Source: Vicugna vicugna (taxonomy: Eukaryota). Taken from it: DNA of 64,000 nt. This document shows, piece after piece, positions 37,791-50,199 of this stretch. Within the stretch, counting starts at the first letter, position 1. Each line of letters starts with the position of its first letter. The notes beneath the pieces are model-generated. The model was not told the DNA's origin, made no database searches, and saw only the letters and a program-made list of their open reading frames with translations. Location: positions 1,486,911 to 1,550,910 of the forward strand of contig MU058531.1 of assembly GCA_013265495.1 (NCBI GenBank), in the 5' to 3' direction. The position numbers and the translations under genes were made by a program.

Positions 37791-40625
37791 GTTGCTTCTG
37801 TGGATTTGTTAACATGTCACTATGCAATATCATTAACAATGTGTGCAACAGCATCTCTGAATAAAATTAGTGAATTTCACAGGCCTGTCTGATAATATTT
37901 CTCAGTCCAGAAATTAGAATTCTGATTATCAAATTTAATTCAGTATTAAAATTCAGTAGACGAATCGGTAGTATACACATCATCCTGACAATCCTCTCTA
38001 ATAATAGTACTTTTTACAGCTGAGTTTTGATAACTGTTGGTCAGCAGAGAATTCCCCATAATATTCTTACCAAGTACCTGGAGGTGAACATTTCCTTTGC
38101 TCATTAAGGTCCTATCTAAATATCTCTGTTTTTAATGGACAGGTGAGTTTGGTGTAGGGGTGGCACCTTCCTACCAAAGTTGAGAAACCTCTCCAAACAC
38201 GACCAATTTAGCAAACCATTCTTCATGTGATATCACACATTTTTGGAATTTGGTTTGGGTTCTTTCAGATTACAAGCCTCAATTCATATTTTCATAAGAT
38301 CTCAAAAGTTGGAAAAAATTGCAAAAGGTATAATAGAACAGGCTCTGCTTAAGAAACTGAAAGATCTGCCCTCTATGGTCTTGTATTTTTGCAACACACT
38401 ACCTATGACTCTGGGTGAGTCACTTAATCTCCTTGTTGGTATAAAAATGGGAGTTACTGTTCTATATATACTAATATATACTAATTAGTATGTAATATAT
38501 ACTAATGTTCAAGCTACCTTCTCATTTTAGATTTCTGTGATTTTTTGTCCCATAGATGCAGTTTTTACCAAATTTCTTACCAATAAATTTCCTAATTTTA
38601 TTTTATTTTTTTACCAATAAATGATGTAATTTTATGGGTAAAGCTATTTGAATTTGACTCATTTAGATCTAGGTTTTTTTAATTAATAATAATGGATATT
38701 TTATGAACGACTATGCCAATATGTTGTTTTATATTATAGAACTGAAGATGACACTGAATTAATTTTATATTCTTATACTGGCTCTTTAATAATGAACCCA
38801 GACTGTGCATATATTAGATCAACTGTAGAAAAAGCTTGAGTTTCAATACATGCATGAATAAAGCTTAAAAGGAAGCAAGAAAACTGCTGCTGTGTTAGGA
38901 TAGTGGAATGTGGGTAATTTTTCTAAAAAGCTTCTAATGGATTATCAATTCATTAATGACATCTATTAGCATCTAATTTCCATTTCACATATGGTAAAAC
39001 AGCTATTAAAAAGTTTTAAATGCTTTTTTTATTCAGTACTTTACCATTTGTATTTGTACACTATGTGTTTCAAGAAAAATAAACAGGAAAGCAAAAAGAA
39101 GCATATGGTGATACATTTCTTAATCTAAACACAGTATCTGTGAATAAGGACAAAAAATACAGAAAGTAAGCAAAATATTCAACTATGGAGCCTTCAGTAT
39201 AGTGTTAATAGACCAGTGCTTTTCCATGACCATGTTGATGAAAACTCCCATTGGTTCTCTCTGGAGTCCATGACTCAAAGCATCAGAATTGTCCAGCACC
39301 ACCCACAGATCTTCCCCACGCAGTCTTATGAAAATCACACTTGAGGGTTTTAGTTGACAGTGGAGGAGAGGTTTGACTTGAACCAGCAACTGTAATAGCT
39401 CTTTTCTTTCTGTTTAAGTCACTCTCAAATATTCGGTATTAAGCAAGACTGGAGTATTCAGTGTGAAAACCAAGTCTGTATCTTCACACACTGTTTTTTT
39501 AAATTTTAGGTTTACAAAATCATTAAAATGTTGAAATAGATGGGTAATTAATATTTTAGAGATAGCATATTACAATTAAGAGTTATCTATATACAGTTAT
39601 AGATTTGAAAAATCAACAAAAATTGGGTTTTGAAAATACAGAGGTTGCAAATAAAAAGCTTACAGTCCTGAGTAAAGAGATCTGAGTATATAATTTCATT
39701 ACCTAATTGAATTTGTATTTTGTCATTAAAAGTTTAATATTTGAAAGAAGGTGGTAAATCCTTTCCATTGGATTCACCTACTAGTCCCTGAAATTCTTTA
39801 GAGGAAAAAAAAAAACTGCATATCTCCCAGTTATAATAAGTTATAATTTTCAGCATCTATAATTTTATTAATAATTAAAACAAATGATGAAAATCATATC
39901 AAATCTATGCCAGCCTAAATCTATTTTAAAATTTCTGGTTTTAATGGAGTGGAAAATTTATTATTAAAAGTATGTAAGCTCCTTCTAATCATGCTATTCT
40001 TTATTTCTTCTAATATTTAAAATAAAACATTTTTTTCATAAAACCTAAATTTTTTTAATATTGGTTTGTTTTTTCTGTTTTTAAATCTCTGTTCATGGAA
40101 AACATGAGTTATAATGTAGGAAAACTTTCTCCCAGTGTTCTCAACTTTTTCTTGGGAGAGGAGGGTGCTGTAAGTGAAATGTAAAAACCACTTAACATGT
40201 ATAAACTGTGTATTTTTATGTTTAAAGGATGAATCCTAAAACATTAGCAGATTTTTAAAGAATATAGATTGAAAGTGAGAAATACTATAAATTCATCACT
40301 AGTGATGCTGCAGGGAGCAGTGACTCATGATGGAGACTGAGCTCTTAGCCGGCTGCGTAAGAATAGACCTAGAGTTATGCTCCATGGTTTTGACTAGATG
40401 TTTTCCTCTTACGTGACCTTTTCCAGTGAATTTTTCCACGTCTTGTACATGGTAGAAATCATTAACAAGCATTTTCAGCCCTGGAAAATACACCTCTAAT
40501 ATTATCTTTGTTTCAGAATCTGAAACCATTTATCTCACATGTAAATGAACTACAATTGATCTGCTTAACTGTTTTGGGTAGTTCTATTTGATTTAAAAAC
40601 ACAGGTAACAGCTTTCTCTTTACAG

Positions 40626-40700
40626 GAGTTGGCCCATGGATTAAGCGAACTCCTATCATATGAAGGCAATGTTGAGGAAGATTTCTTTTCAACATTTCAG
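40626..40700 (+). CDS. HECTD2: HECTD2 exon 16 (75 nt)
   Basis: tttacag|ELAHGLSELLSYEGNVEEDFFSTFQ|gtacca. Confidence 0.95.
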
Positions 40701-41395
40701 GTACCATCAAGGGCAAATAGCTTTCTGTTAACCATGTATTTCATATATGAAAAATACCATTTGTTAACCATACACCCATCGTTAGAAAAGACAAGCAGGG
40801 ATTGATCTACACATACCATCCCCTTTCATGAAGACTCTTAACCTGATAAAGCAGACACCGTGAAGCAGACACGTGTAGGTGAGCAGTCAGGGAAGGCGCT
40901 GAAAGTCACCAAGGGTGAGGGGACTCTGCCAGGCACCTGGCCTCTGCCCTTGACCCAGTTACTGCCTTAGAACTTTTCAGCTTTGAAAAACAAATCTCTC
41001 TTGTAGCTTCAGCACAGGAAGTTATGAGCAGAAACTAACAGGTCAGACCCAAACTCCCATTTCTACTCCCCTAATAATAATAGGGAAGTGAAAATTTTAG
41101 TAATCCACAGAGCTCCAAAGACCTGAGTGCTACCTAGATGGCCACGCAAGTTTGGAAAACATCTGTATTTAACATCATTCAACAGAGAGGGTTAAGACTC
41201 TACTTTTTTACCCCAAAATGCTTTCACGACCCCTCATCCTTAATACAGATACCACAAGAGCCTGTCCTTTCTGTAGTTTGTATATTTAGAAGAGGGGATA
41301 GCCATGTTCTTTTTTCATTTTACAAACCTGTTCTTCAAAGCCTGTTAATATGTCAGTCATACCAGTAAATATGCTGTGTTGGGATGTCCCATCAG

Positions 41396-41483
41396 GTTTT
41401 TCAAGAAGAATTTGGAATAATTAAGTCCTATAATTTAAAGCCAGGTGGTGATAAAATTCCAGTCACCAACCAAAACAGGAAAG
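41396..41483 (+). CDS. HECTD2: HECTD2 exon 17 (88 nt)
   Basis: ccatcag|VFQEEFGIIKSYNLKPGGDKIPVTNQNRK G|gtaagc. Confidence 0.95.
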
Positions 41484-41571
41484 GTAAGCTAAGACACCAT
41501 TTCTTAATTAAAGTGCATTAGAGTTGTTGGCATTTACTTTTACATTTAACAGATGTAAAATTGCTTTGCAG

Positions 41572-41678
41572 AATATGTACAGCTTTATATTGACTTCCTT
41601 CTCAACAAATCCATCTATAAGCAGTTTGCTGCATTTTATTATGGATTTCATAGTGTGTGTGCTTCAAATGCCCTAATG
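41572..41678 (+). CDS. HECTD2: HECTD2 exon 18 (107 nt)
   Basis: tttgcag|AA YVQLYIDFLLNKSIYKQFAAFYYGFHSVCASNALM|gtgagt. Confidence 0.95.
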
Positions 41679-42977
41679 GTGAGTTTAAAATGTTAAAGTA
41701 TGCTTTCAGTTAGGTTTTGTAATAGTATAATATAAACAAATAATTCCTTACATATTTTAGTAGATAAGCTTTGAAAATAAATGTCTTATACTTTTTAAAG
41801 ATAGAGCTAGAAATAAAAATAGTTCTCTCATTTCAGCCTAAAGGAAAAAAAGACATTCCCCTGCCCCCGCCCTTATGCTGTGTCTTACGCTGTGTCTTTT
41901 AGGGCTTTAGCTGTTTTCCCCAGGTAGAGTGGAGGAAGGCATCCGGGTCTTTAATACTAAGGGGCAAAGCCCAGAAAACAGAGTTAACATAAGCTCCAAA
42001 GCAAAAGCCACAACTTTTCACCGATTAAGGAACATATTTATAACTGCTTCCTTCCGCTTCAGGGGTCCCCCAGTGACTCTTAATTGCCTTTTACCCACCG
42101 GAAGTAGTTTGTTTCCGGAGTCATAATGGACTCCGGTTGGTTTGACTTTCTCTGAGCCACCTGAATGTGGGTCAGCTGCTGTCGGGAACACTGTGTCGGA
42201 AAGACCATGAGATAAAAGCCTCGTTTCTGTTCTCCCCAGCTGCCCTGGGCACAGGCACACTCCATCATGCCGTTGGTTCCTCCCTTTGGTTTTATCAGGA
42301 GGGTTTGGAGTGAGGTCTTCCATGTGAATTATTTTTCATAGGAGAGAGCTTATTTTAGAGTGACCTTTGTCACATATCTGTTGAAAGTACCTTAGAAAGT
42401 GGAGCATTTGTTGAGTTCTAATTGAGTTTTGTCTGTGATGCACTGTAGTGATGGGGGTGGGGAGTGGGTAATAAATAAATAGCAGAGCAGGTCTCTAGTT
42501 TTAAGTTTTAATCTCTTTAGGTGGGAGACAACCTATGTAGGTGAAAAAAACAAGAGAACAACACAAGACAGATTGTGACCTAGTACCCAGACTCTACCCA
42601 GGAGGCATTATGGAGTGTTGGAGCCAGGCTTGCCAGTAGATGCTGGAATAGCTGAGAGAGTTTCAAGCTGGGTTTTGGGGAAGAGTTATGATTTGGATTC
42701 ATGCTTATTCATCTGCTTGTTTTTCTGCCAAAGCTGCTGACTGCTATTTGCAAGAGGGGGAACCCAACAGTTTGACAAGATTTATAAACTTTCAGAAGCA
42801 AAAATACCTCACCTCAGTGGGAAAAATATAACCAGATTTTTTTCTTTGGGAAAAATGGTTTGATTTACCTTAGAAAGTCATGATGTTTATAATTTGATTC
42901 AGTGAAAATAGTTCTCATTTCCCTTTTTAAAAAATCATCACTTTTTATTCTCATTTTTGATGAATCATTATTGGCAG

Positions 42978-43093
42978 CTGCTTCGTCCAGAAGAGGTCGA
43001 AATCCTGGTCTGTGGAAGTCCTGAACTGGACATGCATGCTCTGCAGAGAAGCACTCAGTATGATGGCTATGCGAAAACTGACCTGACTATACG
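42978..43093 (+). CDS. HECTD2: HECTD2 exon 19 (116 nt)
   Basis: ttggcag|LLRPEEVEILVCGSPELDMHALQRSTQYDGYAKTDLTI CG|gtgagc. Confidence 0.95.
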
Positions 43094-43600
43094 GTGAGCT
43101 CTCTCTACTTCTGAGAGTGAGGCAGCCGAAGAGGGAAGGGAAGAGAATGCAATTGGTTTATTTGAATACCCTTTATCTCTTGAAAGTAATGCAAGAATGT
43201 TCAATATGAAATCACTTGGCAATCCCCCTGGGAGAAAGTGGTATGAATAAGATTCTACAAAAGCACAGAGATTTTACTTTTTTAAAAAATGACCGGTTCT
43301 AGAATCACAGGGATGCCGCGCTTACAAATAGCACTTTAACAGCACCGGGTTGAAAAAAATAAGAAAAATTATAGAGGAGAAAAATGGCATTTGTACTCTT
43401 CATTGTTGGGCTATTTTTATAATAATATTAGTAAGAAATCTAATTCATATCTAGAAGCCTGTCACTCCTTAATTTCACATTAAGAGTTCTGTGTATGTTT
43501 AAGGGCAGTTGTTTCCCTAGAGCTTACTTTATATTACTGTATTCTCATCTGCAAGGTTTTTGTCACAATATTTTACATAAATTTCTTTGGTGTTCTCTAG

Positions 43601-43744
43601 ATACTTTTGGGATGTTGTGCTTGGATTTCCTCTTGATCTTCAAAAGAAGTTGCTACATTTTACTACAGGAAGTGACAGAGTACCTGTAGGAGGAATGGCT
43701 GATTTGAACTTTAAAATCTCAAAGAATGAAACTTCTACTAACTG
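43601..43744 (+). CDS. HECTD2: HECTD2 exon 20 (144 nt), HECT C-lobe
   Basis: tctctag|A YFWDVVLGFPLDLQKKLLHFTTGSDRVPVGGMADLNFKISKNETSTN TG|gtaaat. Confidence 0.96.
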
Positions 43745-44170
43745 GTAAATTTCCAGACTGTAATTTTTTTTTAATCTACAGGTTTTGCTAATAATATGTT
43801 TGAAATTAGAAGGTTCTCTTAATCTGAAATCATTTTCCTAGAAAAATATTGGGCATAAACATGGCCCTGAGAGAAGAGAGACTATAGCTTTAAGTTCTAT
43901 ATTAATTTTGAGACATACCAATACTAACAGATAATAATCCTTTCAATCAGCTTTTTACTTTGCTAAGTCAACCATTTTATGGTTGTTTCTAGAATCTTGC
44001 TTGCTTTTCATAGTATATTGTATTTAAAAATACTTAAAGGTATTTTTTATTTAAAATACCGGAGAGTCTTTTGGTTATCATAACTAGTACCAGAAAGTCC
44101 TTTTGTACTGGAAGTACCTCTAGTGCTAGTCTTTTTTTCTTTATCTACTGCTCTTTGCATATGAAAGTGG

Positions 44171-44199
44171 TGATGATGATGATGATGATGATGATGATG
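44171..44199. repeat. (TGA)n microsatellite, 9 perfect units plus TG
   Basis: tgatgatgatgatgatgatgatgatgatg. Confidence 0.95.
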
Positions 44200-44971
44200 G
44201 CTTTAAATTATTTTCTATAGTATTAATGGGTTAATACTGACCTACTTCTTTTACTAATCATCTTGTAATTTCTAAAGCTAATTTGAGTTGACACTACTTT
44301 AATTGTAATCATTTTTTCTCCTGCCCCATATATTCCCTGAGTCCTGTCAGTTCTTCCTTTCATTTTAGAACTGGAATCTATCCTTTCCCTTCCCACTGTT
44401 CCCACTGCCACCACCAACAGCTATTCTGTTGCTGTGGAGTGCATAAAGACTGAGGGAAAGGGTCTCAGAAACCTGTAGAAATCTTGACTAAAGATAACAG
44501 TGTCATCGGGTAGAGGGTTGGAAGATGAATGTTGCCTGTACTTTGAGGGCAGCAACATTGGAAGTGTGGGTATCAAGCATCCCAGAAATGTTCCTTTTAT
44601 TATTTTTTGACAGTCAAGACTAAAGTAAATAATAAGAGTTACATTATCTACTACCCTGCTGGGTGTTTTATGTAGACACCTCTTTTAATCTTTCAAACAA
44701 CTCATTTGAATAGTTTACCTTATCACAGTGATGGAGGAAACAGAAAAGTGGGGGAGATGGTATTCAAATTCAGATTTATCTGACTCCAAAAATAATGCCT
44801 CTGTAATGAAAGTTTCCTGAGAGCGGGGACACTGACTGACTTGTCTGTAAATCCAGCCCTGTGTCTACAGTGTACCTGTTACTCCAGGAGTTTTTATTCA
44901 GTAAAGGATCGGATGAGTCAGTTCTTAGCATAGTCAAATAGATTTGAATGTGTGTGTCCAGGTAACTCTGA

Positions 44972-45160
<189 letters not shown>

Positions 45161-45186
45161 CCTAAAAGACTTGAAATATATTTTAT

Positions 45187-45194
45187 ATGTAGCA
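45187..45194 (+). promoter_or_regulatory. miR-221/222 8mer seed site (ATGTAGCA)
   Basis: Exact complement of seed GCUACAU plus A1; further ATGTAGC 7mers at 45569 and 46167. Confidence 0.7.
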
Positions 45195-46019
45195 TTCACC
45201 TCCCTCTTATTGTGCCTTTAACCTTTTCATGTTTCTGTCTCAAAACACCTTGGCAAAGCTCAGCAACTTTAAAGTACTAATTTTCCTTTTAATCAAGTAT
45301 GAAGTATGTTCAGTGGAGGCATGGTTTCCTAAAGACACAGACATTGTTTGAGTGAGGAAAAGACCAGGTGGCAGAGACAGGTGTGGGTCCAGTCCTTCTT
45401 TTTTATAGCACTTTATCATTCTCCATAAGTAGTTTGTCACAGGTGTTCCACTGGGAAAGCATCGTGCAGTCAAGAATGCATTGATGACAGAGAGAAGCCC
45501 AGTGGCAGGTTGTGTGCTGCTAGCACACAGTAGCAACACAGATAGCTACATTATCATTAATGTAAGGCATGTAGCCATATTTTCATATAGCGGTCAAACA
45601 ACAGTATAATTGCAGCTGCAATTTACAGGGTTTTTTGATATACTGGCTTTGATCCTATAAGATTCTTTTCAACTGTTACTGAAAAGCATGTAAATAACTA
45701 CATAATAGCCTGAGAATAATGGGATTTTGATAGTGCCATTTATTGCTAAAGATTTATTTTTACAAAGTAAATTCAGGGTTTTAGATGTGTATACAGCTTT
45801 TACAAATCAATAAAGATGATTGTACAAGAGTGTAACTATTTTCAGACTAATTGGATTCAAGGTTATATTCTTTTAAGTATTGTTAGTCTGCATGCACGTG
45901 GGCAGTAAACTAGTTACTTTGAGTACTCTGTAATACTTGTATAGTCATTTCTTCTTCAGGGTCAGAATATTAGAAAGGAAATCATATCTGACAAATCACT
46001 GATAAATTAAGTCAATTAC

Positions 46020-46027
46020 AAGCACAA
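46020..46027 (+). promoter_or_regulatory. miR-218 8mer seed site (AAGCACAA)
   Basis: Complement of seed UGUGCUU plus A1; second 8mer at 46868-46875. Confidence 0.6.
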
Positions 46028-47313
46028 AAGAAAAGAGCTGTTTTTATATCTACTTTGATTGATGTACAGGATTTATTTCTAATATTTTTTGATCACCAGT
46101 TTTTAGAAAAGGTAGGCTAAGGTATCTGACAAAAGTGAATACAATAATAACATTTGTGTCAAAATGATGTAGCTTGGTGTAAAAATAAAGTTCAACATTT
46201 TGGCCAAAATGTTTGTTTTTCACTGGATTCTGAATATAGCAAATTCAGAAGTACCCTTTTTGGAGTTTCTAATAAAGTAGCATGTAAAAAGAAACTGCAT
46301 TTTTAAGTCAGACAGTAAATGATTTTCTTTTTAATTTCCAGCAAATGAAGCAGTTTTATTAGCATGTTACAAATATTTCCAAGTCAAGACTTCTCTATTA
46401 TATGTTGATAGCTTTCCTTCAGAAAACTCTGAAGATATATTTGCAATAATAATGAAGCCAGCATTTTGTACCAGCATATGGTTCACATGCAAATACTACT
46501 TGCCCCCAATTTTTTTTCTGAGTTATGCGGTTATTGCTCTGCTTCCTGTGTCCAGCCAGCAGCAGGCTTCTTTTAGGGTGGAGGGGCTAGTCAGCTTGTC
46601 CTGCAGTTCTGAAGCCAACGTGTGAATCTCTGAGGAAAAGGAGTTAGTTTACTGTTCTCTTAGAGACAGAAGTGACTCTGCTTTTCCACTTGGAGAGACT
46701 ATTTAGAGGGTTTTTCTTAAAATTTTTGGAATGCCTATGAGAGTTAAAGGCATGATGGTTTTGTTTTGTTTGCTCTGTTTTTAATCCATATGCAAATAAA
46801 ACTGCTTCTCTCTTATACTGCTAGAACTAGAAAGTAAGATGTTTAATGTAGGCTACTACTAACTGATAAGCACAAAAGAATCATGTATAAGAAACCAGAT
46901 TTAAGTGTTTTAACTAAAAATGTAAACAAAGTTTTTATTTGGTAGAGATGGAAAAATTGTGTGGGTTTGGTCTGCATGTTTAATGATGTGCTTGTATATC
47001 GATAGCTATGTCATTTTTAAATAAGAAATACACAAGCAAGCTAAATTTTTAAATGACAAAGTCCATAAATAACTGGAAAATTTCTGTTGTCTCTTGATGA
47101 AATTTATAACCATTTATCACTAAATTGCACATTGCCTTTATTTATTTATGCTCTGGTTTTGGTTTACAGTGTAATTAATACCTCATTTTTTTAAAAAAAA
47201 AAACCACTACTGTTATATTTCGTTAATTTAAACAGCTAGAAAATTCATGCAGTTGCTTTTTTTTTTAATATAATCTGTTAATGAATTCTTGATTTTTGTA
47301 TCTGCCACAGTAA

Positions 47314-47319
47314 ATTAAA
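47314..47319 (+). terminator. Candidate distal polyadenylation signal (ATTAAA)
   Basis: ATTAAA with TGTA upstream (47297-47300) and T/GT-rich sequence downstream. Proximal AATAAA hexamers occur at 45809, 46184, 46271 and 46795. Confidence 0.55.
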
Positions 47320-48045
47320 GCATTGCACAGTATTTATCAGTATTTACAAAATGTCCTGTCCTTTTTTTAATCTTAGCTTAATCATATTTTTGTCTGTTTG
47401 ATGAGAAGTTTTTAACAGTCCCTCTTTTTTGTACAAATGTGTATTGTATTAAGTTAATTTCTGGATAAAATTTTTCAAGTATTAAAGTTATATAATCCTC
47501 CAGGCTTTGGTTCATTTTTTGAACATTAAGCAGTGAATTAAAACCATAAGTTTAAAATCTTACAGATGCAAACTATTCTTTGTGTTACACTGTCTCTTAA
47601 ACTAGTGCTTAGGAAGATTGCTAATGTATACAACTTTAAAAGATGCATGCTGTTACCAAATATAACCAGTCTCTAGCATTATTTTTCATTATGAAGCAGT
47701 ATATATCCAGTGTCTGGATGATCACACAGACATTCCACCAAATGAACATCATAACGCCATGGAGACCACCCAGAAATGAACTAAGTATGACATGTCGTTG
47801 GCCAAAGGTAGGTAACTTCAAATCTTAAATATTTCCCCCCCAAAACCATTGGCTTGGCCCTTTTTTCCCTTGCCCACATTTTCTATGCTTAAAGAAAGAA
47901 GAGAGGATATTAGGAGACTGTAGGAGAGAGTGTCATGGGTGATGGAAGATTGGGAGCTGGATGGGGGACTAGGGTGGGTTTTCACAGGGCTGGGTACAAG
48001 ATCAGTTCCCCCGGAGGACACACAGCCTTCAGTCCAGTGAGCAAC

Positions 48046-48280
48046 TGTTAGGAACTGTGCTTTGGAGCCAGACTACCTGGGTTTGGGTTTCCTGCTAAGT
48101 AGTTGCATTTCCTCGGGCAGGTTATGTAATCTGCCCATGACTCACTCAATTGCCAAGTGAAAATAACTTGTAAAGTGGAAATAATAAACCCGTCCGTCTT
48201 AGTGATAAGGTTCCAGGGAGGGTTAAATGAATTAATGTGTGTGAAGCATGTACGCAGTGCCTGGCACATGGTGAGCAGTA
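48046..48280 (+). mobile_element. MIR
   Basis: tttggagccagactacctgggtttg…ggttaaatgaattaatgtgtgtgaagca…cagtgcctggcacatggtgagc. Confidence 0.85.
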
Positions 48281-48820
48281 TGACATGTCGCCGGAGGAAT
48301 CATGGTGCCAGTGGGGTGACAGCTTCCAACCACTGCTTGAAGCCTTCTAGAGGGTTTTGACTTTCAGACACCAGGTGTGACCACAGATTAAAGAACGCAA
48401 AGTGCTTTGGGGGCATTAAAATCGTGTTCGGAGAATATCTCTCATTCTAGAAACAATGCTTTAGAATTTATCCTTATAAATGTCTCCTTAGGCAAGGGTT
48501 TTTTAATACTGTTTTGCAGCTGTGTGACAAGATGTCATTTGAAAATTCACAAATGAGCAGTTTGTTTTTAATGAAACATTTCAAATGTAGAGAAAAATTT
48601 CAGAGATGAATAAAATATCATGTCCTACACTCAGATCTAGCAAACATTTTGCCAGATTTTTTTTTAAATAAAAAATTACAGATGGAGTCGGAGCCCCTTT
48701 TTGTGCTCTTCTGCAATCCCAATGTTTTCTCTCTTTTCCCCATCAAACTGCAGTTGGTGCAAATCCTTCTTTCGCTGTCCTACGTTTGTATTATACATGT
48801 GTCTTTCTCTAAGTGCTATT

Positions 48821-49058
48821 CAGTTGACCCTTGCACAATTCGAGGTTAGGGTCACGACCATCATGCAGTCAAAACCCCAAAATCCGCACATAACTCAAAG
48901 TTGGCCCTCCATATCTGAGTTTCCTCTGTAGCCACAATTCCCCGTCATCAGATTCAACCAACCACAATCTACATAGTACTATAGTACTTACTACTGAAAA
49001 AAATCCATGCGTAGTTGGACCTGCGCAGTTCAAACCCATGTTGCTCAAGGGTCAACTG
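48821..49058 (-). mobile_element. Tigger2-family MITE inserted in an old L1
   Basis: Perfect 13-bp terminal inverted repeats CAGTTGACCCTTG (48821-48833) / CAAGGGTCAACTG (49046-49058). Confidence 0.88.
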
Positions 49059-50199
49059 CATCATTCTGTTACAGTTTCATATCCCAGATATTTTACTCTC
49101 CATGTCTTTAAACAACTTTTTAGACTCAATATTGTCTTCTCTAGCCTTATTCCTGATTATACATACAGAAAGCTATAATTCACCCATTTTAATGGCAGAA
49201 TGGAACCCTATGAAATGAATATACCATAGTTTATCGATCCATCCTACAGACTAACGTTTCCGTGTTTTCTCCAGTGCGGCCCAGAGGTGTGGTGAGCACC
49301 TTTGCTGGACTGAGTGTGCATGTGCTGCCTTTCGAGGTTCCAGCCCAGGTGTGAAACGGCTGGATCACAGGCTGCACATCCTCAGCTCTACCAGGTATCA
49401 TCCACTTGTCCGGCATGAATTTCCACGTTACAGGAGTTGTAATTCTCCGCGTTCTCCCTGCACCAGGTTCCAGCTGACCTTTGCTTGCTAATCTGACCAG
49501 TGTGTTTTAATTTATATTTCCAAAACTGATGATGACCTTGCACCATTTGGTACATTTACAGGCCATTCAGATCTTTTCTGTGAATCACCGGCTCAGTACT
49601 CTTTGCTTGATTTTTTTTTTTTATTCTTTTCCCCATTGGTTTTTAGGAGTACTTTCTTTATTCTGGATACTCATCCTTTGCTAACAGTTAGGAGCTGCGT
49701 TGCTTCAGTTTGAATCTCAGGTCTGCCACTGACTGTGTGACTTGGGACAAATTACTTAATATTTCTTGACCTCAGTTTACCCATCTGTAAAGTAAAAATA
49801 ATAATACATAGCTGACAGAGTTGTGAAATAAGTCTATGTAGAAGTGTATATAAGTATATGTGTGTGCATATACTTATGTGTATATATCTTATATATAAAT
49901 ACATGTAATAATTGTGTATATAAATTAGATATATACATATATGCTTATACATAAAATATATATATACTTAGAAATGTAGTTAACCTATATATGTGTATAA
50001 ATAATAGTTACTTATGTCTGACCTATAAGCATATGTGTTTGTAATTACTACTATTATAGCTCATGGATTACAGAAATCTTCGCATTGTAGCTTGATTTTT
50101 CTCTTTAATAATATGAATTTTTAGATTTTAATATAGTCCATAAATTATTATTTTATATAGTTAATGTTTGTGTAGATTTAACTGCATTTTTATAGTTTC

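Larger units (their letters stand above)
45161..47340 (+). other. HECTD2: HECTD2 3'UTR (approximate end)
   Basis: AT-rich sequence with no recognisable repeats after the stop; several poly(A) hexamers, miRNA seed matches and an AU-rich element. Confidence 0.75.
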
